Assembly: GCA_001642005.1 (NCBI GenBank) | Contig: LWCA01000214.1 | Span: forward strand, 1 to 39,713 | Direction: 5' to 3' | Length of the DNA stretch: 39,713 nt | From: Intoshia linei | Lineage: Eukaryota; Animalia; Orthonectida | Part shown: positions 22,976-37,600 of the stretch, piece after piece | Layout: each line of letters begins with the position of its first letter | Position numbering within the stretch: position 1 is the first letter of the stretch | Translations under genes and position numbers: made by a program | The notes under the pieces: generated by a model | The model's input: the letters and a program-made list of their open reading frames with translations, nothing else | Database searches by the model: none | What the model was told of the DNA's origin: nothing

Positions 22976-23565
22976 CAGTGGCGGATTCAAGGGGTGAAGA
23001 AGGTGCAGTTGCACTTTCTAAATTTTAAAACAAAAATTTTAATTAATGTTTCGTAAAATAACTGAAAAAGGTTTTAATTTATTAAAACAATATAGATGGC
23101 GATAATATTACATGTCATTACATGAACAATTGATCATGTGACTTGAGGCCTTTTGTTACATTGCAATTCGTTTTTTTCGATTCTATATTCGATTTTAGCT
23201 GAACTCAGACTACGATTTTTCAGTGGTCAACAAATTTTTTTGAAAGGATTTTCCCTACATCCCACTTATTTCAAAACGAGTCATTTTGAAGATTTGAAAG
23301 AATTCGCCGAAAAATATGAATTATTTTTATCATGTATATCATTAGATGAAAATCTGAAAGCAGAATATACTAAATGGAAAAAAAAACTTGATTCAAAGAC
23401 CACTATCATACAATCAATCAAATTTGGAAACTATTATATAACAACCTTTAAATGAAATTAAAAGACACACTTTAAAATTAAACTAGACGCGTTGATATTA
23501 AAAGAGACGCCCTATATTCCTCGCTTCGCTCGCACCCTATTAACTAGCCTCTTGGATCCGTCCTG
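22976..23565 (+). mobile_element. Internally deleted hAT element (Tip100/Zaphod-like) with transposase fragment 23153-23455
   Basis: TIRs CAGTGGCGGATTCAAG and reverse complement CAGGACGGATCCAAG. Internal peptide FFSILYSILAELRLRF...DLKEFAEKY...LKAEYTKWK resembles the C-terminal half of hAT transposases. No clean TSD. Confidence 0.6.
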
Positions 23566-23799
23566 GAATGTGTATTACACATACAACAAAACATAAAGTA
23601 TAGTTATCATTTTTAAAAATAAAAATGTTTTTAATTTCAGTCGGGATTAATTTCAATTAAATGAATTAATTTTTACATATTCGTGGTCAGTGCATAAAAA
23701 CACACCTATATGCAAATATACTTTTTGATTTTTAAAAAAGGACACCTTAATGATTAGGGTGTCCATTATATACATTAGGCCCTAATGTATATATTACTG

Positions 23800-24760
23800 T
23801 ATACCAGTTTTTTTCAAAATTGAACCAACTGTCCCAATGTAACCACTTGAAAAATCAACGACCAGAGAAAATTATATGGACCAAATCAAATTTTTCTCAT
23901 GATTTATCAAGTATACTTACCAATTAAATTATTTTGATTCATTTAAGATGGAAACTATTAGCGAAACATAATCAATCTCAAAGATGTTTATTTTATATCA
24001 CCAAAATTAGACTAAAATTTTGATGAATGTAATGCAAAACAAATGTAATTACCATAAATTATGTGTTAAGTTGTTCCACAAGTAAAAGTTTTATTAGACG
24101 GGTGGAATGTTTCATTGTTTATATACATTTTATAGCCATCAGAATAATTCTAGTCATGGCGCAAAAGTAATGTATTCGAAATCCAATATATTAACCAGTT
24201 CAAACATTTTTAATTGTGTTCTTTTATTGTAAAAGTTACCAGGTGTCAAGATTGCAACTTTTTACTGCGAACAAGGTGATGTACATTTTTTAATTCAAGA
24301 ATATCAGACTTACTATTTTAAAATATTATATAGGACTTTTATTTAATAACTGTGCGACAAAATAAAAATTATATTCTGGGATCTTAAAAATATTTTCACA
24401 ATATCTTAACATACATAGTACAAATCTGATCAATATTTAGAAAAATTTATGGTGCAGGATACCCATTGTTAACCTTTTATTATTAAAATTAATATTTATG
24501 TTAAATCTTTATTACAATATATCTAATAAACCCAGAACAATTATCTGTTTGTCCTCACCAGCATAAACAAATATTACATTTCTAGGTATATTCTTATAGT
24601 AGTCAAAAATAAAACTAATGCACAACAAATCAAGAAGAATCCATATTACAAGTTTAATGATGCATAAAGAATATATAACAAATAATATTAAAAACACGAT
24701 ATAAATTAAAATTGTATATAGAATAAATGTCAAATTCATCGACACTTAAATGGAATTAGT
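23800..24760 (-). pseudogene. Possible decayed voltage-gated cation channel fragment (one repeat, S2 to P-loop)
   Basis: In order on the minus strand: YIVFLILFVIYSLCIIK / WILLDLLCI (S2/S3-like), LLTMGILHHK after a short GT-AG gap (end of S5-like), NETFHPSNKTFTCG (loop), NFLWSLIFQVVTL[+1]DSW (P-loop-like). Stops and frameshifts are present. Confidence 0.35.
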
Positions 24761-27700
24761 TCGGTATAGTCTAGATAATAATTTTTACAGACATGAGAAT
24801 ATTATCAATTCATCGATTTATTTATTTGTAATATTAATATATTAACATTAAATCAAGTAAATAATACATTTCATATAAGAAACGTATTGTTAGATTAAAC
24901 CCACCTAAATAATACATCACGTGTATAATAATATAACAGTATTTACTATTATGTACATTGCGACAAATGATATGGTTATTCTATGAAAGAAACCTAAATA
25001 AATAACAAATTATGGTGAGAAAAATGATTTAATCAATAATTCAGTTTAAACCATACAGGCTCACGCAAAGTTAAATATTCAATAATCAATGGCCTCCATC
25101 CAGTGATATCACAGGATGTATTCTTAATGACTGTCTCACTTGATTGATATTATTTAAATAAGCGAATGCACTAAAATGAAAATTTTAATTAATTAATGAA
25201 AATTTAACCAATATAACCATGCAACTCAACTAATACATTATATATCATTGTTTAGTTATATATAACATATAAACAGTAATATATGCATCGCATTTGATTT
25301 GTGGATACATAACGTAAAATAGGTTATCCTTTGTGTTGACAACAAATTTTAAACCTGAACGGTATGCACATGTTGATAAATTACAAGTATAAAGTAAAAC
25401 AATGAAAAGTAGAACAATTTAGAAATTCCATTGTGAATATCAAAAATTGTATCAAAACATGATAGAATTATCTCTGATTGTATATTTTTAGCCACCTATT
25501 GTTTATTAACGTATGATTTGTGCAAGTATATATTAATGGAAACTAAATGTCTACACTTTTTGTTTCTTGTAAAATTAACATAATAGAATGTACATTAGTC
25601 CAGGATAATTACGAGCGTTAGCTTATGTTATAGCTCCATTATTTTCGGTTCTGTACATGCATTGATTTACGCTGTTAATGTATCATTTGTTTACATGTGC
25701 AACATTTTGTGCTTGATTCGCTCGTTACTTGCGGATAAAGCCTCTCTTCCGTTAAGTGTTTCATGAAATGATTCGTTTATTAGTGATATAGAATCTCGTA
25801 GGAGATCCGCATCCAAAATAAACAGACACCTTACCAATTGTAAACCAAACATATCCAGAATCATTTTATCAAGTTTTACCTAATATTTACATTAAAATAC
25901 GAATAGTTTTACATTTGAAAAACTGTTCAAATTCAACTAGATATTGATGATTGTGTTGTTCAACTATAATGAAACTATATACACAACAAAAAGGATAACT
26001 TATCCGATGCACATATTGTTTTACTTTTTTTTCAAATTTAAGTTTATACCTGTTGATCGTTTTTGAAATTTCAATTGAAAATAAGGTTATTTTTATTTAT
26101 ATAATCATATGAACGTGTGCATTTCATGGTTACATGCATCTTGTAACATTATATTAAAATTGTATATATTATACTAATGATGTTAATTTTGCCAATTTAT
26201 TAATAAATTGTTATCTCATAAGTAATTTAAGATGACGGTTATTTAATGCTTGATGCGTGACAAAATATGACCTAGTTAGGATGAATAATTCCATCTCAAT
26301 TAGCTAACATAATCATCCAAGTTGCTATTTTAATATTGATTCAAAACTAAGCAGTAGATGTAATAACGCATTTAGAAATTATATACGCATATTTTTATGG
26401 TACGTTAGTTATCGAATGTTTACATCTTCTCACACAGCAACAATTTTGCTGATAAGTATGATAAACAGAAAATGTATACAGTGAAGAAAATATGTTAGGT
26501 AATATTTAAAACAAATCCTCATCATATGTACGACAATAATAACATTTTACAATAATTCCACGTGAAAAATTGATGAAATTAAAATTTTATCATTATTCAC
26601 ATATATTTATGATAAATTCTACTTTTTTCGTTTACTCATTAATATTGTGCAAATTTATTCACATTTATATTATTTAAACATTTTAATTTTAAAAGTCGAT
26701 AGTTTTGGGTAACTTGCATTTTAATTTGTTTAATCCTTTGTTTATAATTTTTATGTTTGATGCTTATAAAAATTTCGTCACTTTCAATTCAAATTTTAAT
26801 CGGTTTTAGAGTTGAGTTAAAATTTTAAAGTACGATTTTTATTTAGTTAATTACATCATCAATAGTATGGTCATGATCACCATACGAAATAAATTGATTC
26901 TAATCTATTAAAAATTTTTCCATTACATTATTCAATTATATTTCCAAATAAATGGAAAAATATGTGTACAATTTGTATTTTAATGAAAAATTTTATTATT
27001 TGTGGACTTGCCAAGTTAAACACTGACGCATCGAAAATACTAAAAATTTTTCGCGCCAATTGTAGATAATTTATATCACTGATACGTATGAAAAAATACA
27101 TTTCCATTATGTTTATTTTTATTCACAAAAGAAAATACGAAATTTATTCAATTATTTATAACAGATTGGCGACCAGTCAAATCTTATTTTATTAGTTTTA
27201 GCCCAAAATACATCCTTTTAACGTTATTAACTTGCTGTAAATTCAATATTCCAGCAATTTACAATATTGAAAAATTGGATAGTTTGTTGACCTGATTGAA
27301 GAAACAACGGAATATGGATTAAACTCCTGGAAACAAAAAAAAACAATATCTGATATAGCAGTCTTGTAGCTATTTACTATTCAACACTTGATTAAATTTC
27401 ATCATTTTATATTATTTTATGATTAGGTTCAGACATTAGGCATGGGTTTACGTCGTTTCTGTTAGCAAAAGCTCGATTTACGTTGTCATTGTTGTCCATA
27501 GACTTTTTAACTAAAAAAATTCAGTTTTGTATCGAATTGTGTTCGGGTAATGCCTACAAATAATTTAGCCACCATTTCAAAAACATTAAATTATAGCATT
27601 AGCGTTCAAATTGCAAATAAATTTAAATCGATTAGTTAGCGCTCAGAACTCTACTTTCATCATTTCTATTTCTAACATTCCATAACACCCATCTATTCAG

Positions 27701-27992
27701 CTATTTAGTTTTGGATTTATTTCTATGATTTTATTTTTATGGTTTTATCTTTTTTTTTAAAATAAACTAGAACTGAATTTAAATTTACGTAAAAATATGG
27801 TAAACCCAAAGACTAACATATCATAGAAACTAAACCAAAAATGTGTTCCATTTACTGTTTTGCATTAATTTCAAAAATTACATTTAAGGAAGGATAAATT
27901 TACCGTTTAAAAAAAGATAAATATTTAAAATGAAAAAGGGATTTATGTGCAAAATAGTTTTTTTAATAAAAAAGGACACCCTAATGTACATA

Positions 27993-28258
27993 CAGTGAAA
28001 TCTCGATCATGCATACAGCAAAATTGTAAATTTAACTTTAGTACATAAAATATTATTTCTTTAAAACAATATATTTTGTAGATAATATATTTGATATGAA
28101 TTATCAAAATTTCATATTATATTTTAAGTTTAGATAATTCTGTTGAAATAGGAATTAGTATTTTTAATACATTATTTTATACTAATTAATGATAAAATTT
28201 TATTTTAAAACTTAATTGAGTCTAAATATTTAATGTATGTATAATCGAGATTCCACTG
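27993..28258. mobile_element. Tigger/pogo-like MITE
   Basis: TA flanks; 25-bp TIRs CAGTGAAATCTCGATCATGCATACA vs CAGTGGAATCTCGATTATACATACA. Confidence 0.8.
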
Positions 28259-28756
28259 TATTGCAATATAATGGTTATTAAGTATATTATCCATTGGATA
28301 GTCATATATAGTTGGATATCATATTAGATTATGCCAATTAAAAGTATATACCAATTTCTTTAAAATTGTTTTGTGTTGTCTATAATATAGCCTCAATATA
28401 ATATATTTATAAATACAGTGAACCAAGAGTCACCTGGCTTTGAAGCTTTTAATTTTTGACCCGTATCCACCCGCAGAATTTTATTGTCGCAAGAATGCAC
28501 TTTTTATTGCCGTTCCAGTTATCTACATGTGTGTATATTATTAAGCTGTTGTAATCTATGTCTCGTTTAAGATTTAAACTGTATTAATTCATTTCATCTT
28601 TATTAACTCAAATTCATAATGTATTGTATTAATTCTATTTTTTTACAACGCTAAAGTTTAACCTAAACAGTCAATATGGTAGAGATATCCATTTTAGACA
28701 TGGAAACAGCTTTTTGGAAACAATGTAAACATGTGTAACGGGATAACATTTTAGAC

Positions 28757-28962
28757 TAGTGGTTCCCAAATCCAGGTCTTTAAAATAATCTTAACGGTTT
28801 GTGGAAACCGTTTCGTAAATTGTAATAAAAATATTATAATTATTAACATGTTAATTTATATTTATCGTATTTTTTTCAATTTTTCCTATTAATTTCGTTT
28901 AGTGGTTCGTTAAAAATTTTATATAAATAAAGGTCCGTGGTGAAAAAAGTGTGCCAATCCTG
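28757..28962. mobile_element. Degenerate hAT (Charlie-like) MITE
   Basis: Left end TAGTGGTTCCCAAA; right end GGTCCGTGGTGAAAAAAGTGTGCCAATCCTG; TSD poor. Confidence 0.45.
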
Positions 28963-29873
28963 ATTTTCAGCCTTAGTGTTACTTTTGATTTGTTATAGTT
29001 TCAATGTACACATATATCATTTTACACTGTACAATAATATATATATATAGAAAGCCAAAATATGGATTCCTGAGCTTATTAAAAATATTTTGAGGTTCAT
29101 TTAAGATTTTGATTAATTAGGGAATCGTGGGGTTGGAAAAATTATGTGAAAATTTAAAAATCAAATCAACAGGGTTCCATGTTTCAATTTTTTATAGACT
29201 AAATACTATTTGCATCAAAAACATTTTGACAAGAAATATTCCAAAATTATTATTATTTTTCCATGTGAGTGCATTCAAATAAAATGGTTTATTCATAGTT
29301 TATTTCATGGTTGTTTCTTGTTTTATGCTTACTGTGATTTTAAATGAAATCATAACATTGCATGCATATTTGATGGAACAAAGTTTTTTGATATGTATGC
29401 ATTATTCTATATTTGTATATGTAATACTAATTAAATGAGGGTGTTCCATTTTATTTTTTGTCTTAATTATATTTTCTACTGTTTGGATAGACTTTTAAAT
29501 TTTAAATTAACCATTACAATACATTGTAGAGGGTTATAAGTTATACAACTTATAACGATATTTAACTAACAAAGGACAAATATTTTTTAGGGAATACTGA
29601 CTGTCCATTAGACAGTGTCCCGTTATTATAGTACATTGTATAATAACAATAATACATTATAATGTTAATATTTAATATTAAAAAAAGTCAAAGCCCCCTA
29701 GAAATTTTTCTTATGTGAATACAAGTTTTGAGAAAACATTTATTAACTAACGATGATGATTAACATACTCAAATTACATTAATTTTTGATCGTGAATTTC
29801 ATTTTATTAAAGTTTTAATAAATAATTAATAACATTTGATTATTAATTTTTGTTATTCATCAATTCTCTAAAC

Positions 29874-30045
29874 CAGGGGCTCCCACACCTTTTTACGGCG
29901 GAAAGTAATAAATTATGAAATTTATCTCGGACCATTAAAGCGAAATTACTAGGTAACTTTAAAAAAAATGATAAAAATCGTAATAGACTTTAAATTGGTA
30001 AAAATTTTTCACGGACCCGTACTAACCTGCAATTAGGAAACGCTG
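29874..30045. mobile_element. hAT (Charlie-like) MITE with perfect 8-bp TSD
   Basis: CTCTAAAC at 29866-29873 and 30046-30053 flanks the ends CAGGGGCTCCCA and TTAGGAAACGCTG. Confidence 0.8.
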
Positions 30046-30109
30046 CTCTAAACTAAATGACTAAAACATCTCTAATAAAGTTCAGTTATAATTTTTACTT
30101 ACATTAATA

Positions 30110-30274
30110 CAGTCAGACTTGTTGATAGTGAACTTAACTGATATTACTATACTAACTTGACTTATATAGAAAATAAACTTAGATTCATTATAAATGTTTC
30201 ATTGTTCATTATTTTTTTATAATGAACATTAAAATAATTTGGAACCAAATGTTCACTATCCACAAGTCTGACTG
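30110..30274. mobile_element. Tigger/pogo-like MITE
   Basis: TA flanks; 24-bp TIRs CAGTCAGACTTGT(T/G)GATAGTGAAC with one mismatch. Confidence 0.85.
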
Positions 30275-31686
30275 TACATGTATTTTATAAGATAAATTTA
30301 AACTGACAAACGCAACTCAAATAGAAAGCTTTAAATTTTTTTGTTTACGAAATATTTTTTCGATTTTAAATAATTTTAAAAATAAACACATTTAGTGCTA
30401 ATTACGCATTATGCAGTGTTATAATAATTGCTGTATTTCTATTTTAATTATATTCAAAAAAAATTTGAATAGATAAGTAAAATCATTCCATTATTGTTGA
30501 AAATAAAATATTGCTTTGTGCATTTTAATTCTATCTATAATTGCAAATAGGTGTACATCTTTACATCGTGATTATGACGATTACATTACGAATACTTATT
30601 TTATTATAATTTATGAGGAATTTAAGCGAATTTACACTTCTTAATTTCTATTAATGATAAGATATCTAAGCGATTGTTTAATTTCATTGACAATATACAC
30701 CGATTAAAATTACAGATGTGTCTAAAGTTTAGATTTTAAACCATAACTGAAAAATTTATAATTTCAAATTTAAATGATTCATCCTATTTCCAAAAGTCAA
30801 CATTAATTATCAAAACTATACAACTTGATATTAAAAAAAATGTTGGTATCCTAGATAAACGACTTGATTGACTCCCACTGTACTCTCAAGTTGAAATTTT
30901 CAACTAATATCTAAATCAAACTATACATTTAGTTTTCAAATATGTGTAATGATGTTATCATCAGTAATATAAATTGATTATATCAAAATATAAATTATGA
31001 TGACAGTTTAGTCGTTAATTATTATCTGAATAAGAATCCAAATCATAAATTTTCTTAAATGTTTTCGTAAATCAACATTGGTAAAAATTAAAATATTTTA
31101 ACAGTATTGAAACAAGTTATTTGATTATCACATTCTTCCAGTACATATATAAATGTAGAATAAACTTGGAAAACTCTTATTCTAAGAAATGATGAAAACA
31201 TAAGATACATAAAAGAAATTTGAAATATAGTTTTAGAATAAAGGATGTAAAGTACATTGTATATTGAAATTTTTTTTAAAATAACAAATTAAAAAAACTT
31301 GGTATTTAGTGCGTTATAACCTTGAATTATTGATAAATTTTGAATAGTTTTGGTTCTAAAAATAAGTAAATATTTATTTATTATACATTTTCATAAATTG
31401 TAATATAAACAATTAATTAAAGATGGAAAGATGATATTAATGTTAATGTTGGAATTCTATTTAAATCATTCTTTTTTAGTAAATATAACATGCAATATCA
31501 AAAAATAATATTCCGAAATTATTTATTTGATAAGCTCCAAATAAATAAATACATAAGAATGTGTTATGTGCGTTGATTATTTACAGTTATCTAAAACGCA
31601 TATTTAGATTGACATCTCATTTTATACATTTCTTTTTTTCTTCTAAATTTAGTATTTTATCAGTCATCAACTTTTAATATTTAAAT

Positions 31687-34600
31687 ATGGTAAATTAATA
31701 TTTTAATACATGTTGACAAATAAATGTATCATTTTTCTAGATATCCATGATTAGCGAAACTCTTAATAACGTCCCATTGGAAAGGACTAATCAAAACCAA
31801 TCTAATGTATCAGTGAATGATAGCATGAGTCAAAATGGTGACAAAACCGAGATAAACGAACCCGAAAATATTCTAACTAACTATGATCTATCTGCTAAAT
31901 TTAATAACAAGGTTAATCGTACAAATGTACACAATTCTTCAAACAATTCTATTACATCAAACTCGACAGCATCGTTAACGAGTAAAGCTGCAACGACTGT
32001 AGTTAGTGAGTGCGATAAAATTAAAGTATTAAGATATGAAAAATCTGATAACACGTATGTATATTTTTAAATTATTTTGATCTTTATAGTAGGGATACAT
32101 TCAAAATGCAACATTCGAACAATGATGAGAATATTAAACGCCTTGATAATGTTCAGACAGCTGAAATCGGTCCGAATGTGACTAGTGAACAACGTGTGTA
32201 TTCAGAACGACCAGCCAGCGTCGACAATGAGGTGAAAACATATCCAACTAAATTGCGGTGTCGATCTGAAGAAGAATCGAGTCAATCCAATGTTAAAATA
32301 AATAGTGATGTTTTTTCTTTACATTTAAATCAAACCTCCAACGATAGCAAATTTAACCCTACCAAAAATTTTTCCACCAACGATCTAAATTCTCTTAATA
32401 TTACCTCAGAAAATACAATTATCAATTCCAACTCTTTTGCCGATTTTTACAACCCAAAACGCAAAAATGAACGTGTAATTTTATATTCTGTTGACTATAA
32501 TATACTTATTTGTGTATAAATTCAGTTTGAAAATATATAAAAATTTTAATACAGTATACCCTCCGCTATTCGCCCAAAATGAAGATTTGAAATATCGGGC
32601 GAATTTATCAATTTAATTATAAATTACACGGAATGAGCTTATAACGAAGGTTTTACTGTATATATATTTCAAAATTTGTGTAAATTTACATAAACATAAA
32701 ATTATAACCAAATTACTTCACGTTTACACTTAATTCTTTTTGTTTACGTCACTATTATGTTTAATGTTAATAAACTCTCGTTGTTATAGGTAAAAAACAA
32801 AATTAATGATGCATATTAAAATTGCAAAATATAATATCAAATATTTAAGATAATATTGAATTAATAATCCATTTTATTAAAAATTTTATACATTATGCCA
32901 ATTTAAACATGATAAAATTTAAGTCGTAGCAAATAGTTTTAATTTACAATTTTTTAAATTCGTCCAAGAATTTATAAATAACAAGCAGACGTGTATTACA
33001 TTTAAGACATTTTGCGTGTTTTATACATTTTGTCACATTTGAAGTATAGATGTATGTAATTAATGTACATGTTCTTACAGATCCGTCCATATATTTTGAG
33101 CACCTTATAAAATCTTTAATTATTTTATTAATAAGTGTTTTAATCATAATAAGTCATTAATTTAATTTATATTTCAGAAATGTATATATAATCGAAAGTT
33201 ATTAATAGACTAGCTAGACCCATGTATTTTTTTAATATTGTAACATGTATTAACCACAGTATATAACTTTTTCGGGTTAAAGAAACTTGTAATTAATTAG
33301 CAATTAATTAAACACAGTAGTTTCCTCAAGTACTTTTTTTTGTACTGTACTTAAATTATATGACCTGTAAACATCTAAATATTAAAAATTAATTTTTAAT
33401 ATTAATTATTGAAAGTCTTGATTTAAGACAACTTAAATGTATATTAAGGTGTGTCCTACAACACTTTTTCGAAACAATGCAAAAGAAGCCAACGATGAAA
33501 GATGAAACTTTTTATTGCGAACAAGATAATGTGCTTGAAATTGTCTAACTCTCAAAAAAACCCTTGACTTTTTGCATTTTAAACTAATTTGTAATACAAT
33601 TTTTCAAAAACGAACATGAACTTTATAAAAAAATATTGGTGTGGTAACGATGTGAATTCATGCGTATATATAGTATATGTAACATTTGTGAGTATATATT
33701 ATGCCATGGTTATCACAGTTTATCAGAAATCCTTCTCAAAAAAACCCAATTTTACCCAAAAATTCATAAAAAACAGAATTTATAGGATAGAGAGTATCTT
33801 GGTGTTTTTTTCTAACAATTATGACATTTTAAATACATGATCTTGTTCGCAAGATTTTTGGTATATTTGTATTTGGCTACTTTTGTAAATATAGTTAATA
33901 GAACTAATTAGCAGTGAAAATAAGAATGATCAATTTTTTTTTTTTTAATTTTAAAGTTAATATGCGATTTATTAAATTTGTAGGACCCTGAAGTTTAAAA
34001 TTGATCTATACTAAATGGTGATTTGAGGATTTAATAAATATATTGCAAATTATTTTACAAAAAATTTTTGGATTAATTTTTTGTTACTATTTTTCAGATT
34101 TTTATCCACAAACACCATAAAATGTTTTTATTTTGTAAAAATGGTTGGTTGTACAGCTTTTCATTCTTAACTGGGGTTTGTAATGACCAATTGTATCAAT
34201 AAAATTCATAATAATAATTATATAAATTTAATTTTTTACCTTGATAAGCATATTTCTTTTTTAGTAGTTCATTTGCAGTGGTTTCGTATGATCCATCCCA
34301 AAAATAAATTTGGCCCAATCTGACAAATAAAATTAATTGGTGCCGATTTGTAAATGAGAATATTTGAATGACAATTTTTGTCAAAATGTTTTTGAACCGT
34401 TCATTGAGCATGAGATCTGTTATTAATCAAAATATTATCAAAAAATATTAAAACACAAAATATTGGTCAAATACAGAATTGATAAAATAATAAAATCATT
34501 GCTTAAATTTTAAATGTTTGTTTTTATTAAAAACTCTCAGTTTTTCTTGCAACGCTAATAGGATAATTATATATGTCAAATTTTGTAGTTGTTTCATTTG

Positions 34601-37600
34601 CATCTTCAAAGTTTGATACTGATCATTTAATTGTAATTGAACCATGTGTGAACGATAATTTCAATTTAAATTTCAATAAAAATAAATTTGCAAATTGATT
34701 ATTTCCATTTGCGCCAAATAAACGTATATAAAAGTTTATTCATTGTTTGTGTTCATGGTAAATTAATAATATTACCTGTTTTATATAATTGCGCCACTAA
34801 ATTTTACTTATCATAGTGATCATTTCATTTCCATTTGACTTTAATTCATCAATGTAAAAATGATTGAATAATTATGGATGAACGTACATGTATTTTAAAT
34901 AAAAATTTATTAATTTTATTATACATATATAATTAAAATTTTTCCGTTTAGATTTTACCTGTGAAGCAGAACGAGACAGTATTTTTTAAGTGTCCGCTTT
35001 GCTTTCAAAAAATGGAAAATGTAAAGGAATTAACCAAACACATACGTTTGCATAATAATCCGTCCGAAACACCAAATTATAATCAATGCACCATTTGTAA
35101 TAAAATTCTTAGTTCACAGAGCTCATTAGATCGTCATATGCTTGTTCATTCAGGTTAGTTAAAATTAGCTAAACTTTATATTTTATATTTAATCATGCAG
35201 TGGTTTTATCCTTTTTTGTAAATATTTCCATGTTTAGTTATAAAATTGTTCAAAATATTTGGTTCTATTTTTATATTATTTTAAACAAATTTATTTTTTT
35301 ATATGTGACACCGTATAGTTTTATGTCTTTTAATTTTAAAACCATTACATTATAACAATTTAAAATAATTGTCCAGTTGAATATTTCATTTTTTAATTTT
35401 AGGTGAAAGGCCTTTCGAATGTTGCTACTGTACAATGACTTTTACTACAAATGGAAACATGCATAGACACATGAGAATTCATTCAAAAGATCAAACTGAA
35501 CCGATTCACAAACATGCATCGGGTAAATGTTCACTAACCTCCAGTAAATATGCTAAAATGACCAATACCGATATAATTAATTTAAAAAAAAATTCTAAAA
35601 GCCTAACCTCTGATGACATAAAATTGTCTTCTAAAGAAAGAATTTCACCTCTAAAAAGAAACTGGACAAACTTGTTTCTAAAAACCTCTGAATCAACTGT
35701 TTATAAAAATGATTCTAACCAAAAAACTGCAAGAAATAAAACACTTGATAATATTTTTTCTACTTTAATGTGGAAGGTATCATTTATCTTTATAAATTTG
35801 GTATTTGGAAAAATTGAAACGGTTGTTATCCCTTTTACTGTCTGATGCAATTTTATGTACTATCACCACATGTCTGGAATTTATGTTTTAATTTAAACTT
35901 GTATTATTTTTAAATTACCTATGTGAAAATGTATGAAAATAAAAGAATAAAGTTTTTTAAAGTTATGCTGCGTATATCAAATACAGACGTGTGAAGTGAA
36001 ATTGCTGTGTATAGTATAGAATACACAGACAGTGAAAAGTTAAAACGCTTGGGAATCGCATTATTTTATTTTTGTACCTTATAAATATTGTAAAAAATCC
36101 CTTTAACAAATGTCTCCAATTCGGTTTGGAAAAATTTCTTTGAGAATGAAAACTAAAAAATATTTAAAAATTTGAAAAATAAAAATGTGTAAATTTAGGC
36201 GCACAAAAAAACTGGAAGCTTGAACAGTGAAGTATTATTAAACCCAGAAAGCTGTGATAGTGAATCAAATATAAGCAAATCATTGAGTGAATCTGGAATA
36301 AATACAAAAGAAATGCTTTCTGATCCAGTATATATAAAACACCTCCATAAAGCTGTATTTGACGGAACAGTGAAGCGTCGCCGTTTATCAACTGCAAATG
36401 AAATACAGGAAAACTTAAATCGAATGAAATTGGAGGATAATGATATGCCGATTAAAACATGTAATTTATTATTTTAAATATTTTTCTAATAAAATAAAAT
36501 TTAGTAGTCAAAAATATAACCTCGTATATGCAATTAGTTGGTGAGTTTACTATGTGCACCATATGCAATGAAACCTTTAAAAATAAAGACGATTATGCAA
36601 TTCATATACAAAAAAATCATTCCACTGTAATTGGTTTAAGTTCCGCCAGTCGCTGGGTTTTGAGATACAACTCGCACGATGATTCATATTCTAATGGAAA
36701 AGATTATAAATTAGAATCAAAATTATACGGTTCAAGATCACGAAAACAAAGCACGCCAATTAATTTAAGTAAATTAAGGTGCGTTTCTATTAGTGAAACT
36801 AACATATCCGAGCAAAATGCTGACATTAATGGTGATCCTATAGATACATCTGATAAAGAAACTATGGTTATTGATGATAAACAGCCTAAAAAATTTGAAC
36901 CATTAGATTTATCACAAAATCTGGTTTATTTTTTATAATATAATTTTTTATTTTATTCTTAGCAACCAAAATTACATGTTTGTACCGATTGCAGCTATAT
37001 TTTATATTTAGACGACCATAGTAGTAATTTTGAACTTTTTTTAAAAGTCACCGTCAATCCCATTGATTATGTTAAAGGTCTATATTTGAGAATGATTTTA
37101 TTTACAAAATATACAATTTATTATATGTGTAAAATATATCAATTTTTTTCGAGTTTTTGAAATTAGAAAAAATGTTCAGTAATAAAGGAATAATATATTC
37201 TGAAAAATGAAAAAATTTGAAAGTATTCATAATTTTTGACAATCAAAATTATTGATATTATGATAATGATTGTAATTTTTAATATTTAATCAATTTCGCT
37301 AGCTGCTATTGAAATAAATTATATTTTCAGTTTTTTAATTGCGCCTTTTTGAGCCAGGTAATATTTTTTCTATTTGCTAAATTTAATAAGAACCGAAATA
37401 AAACTATATTTGGTTAAACATTTTGCAATGTATCGTACTTTTTGAGATTGTCGCATTGTTTATACAATAAATTTGTGGGATTGACTAATTTATTTATATT
37501 ATTCATATTATCATTGCATTTATACATTTTTTATTTAGATAAACTTAAAAAATGTCCCAAATGTGAGAAAGATACATTATTTATAGACCCTACAGGTATT

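Noticed and set aside
32944-34411. Small ORFs inside the long RREB1 intron
   Set aside because: No recognisable homology, the flanking exons already join in phase, and MITE fragments are present (e.g. TTGCGAACAAGAT inverted pair near 33515 and 33840).
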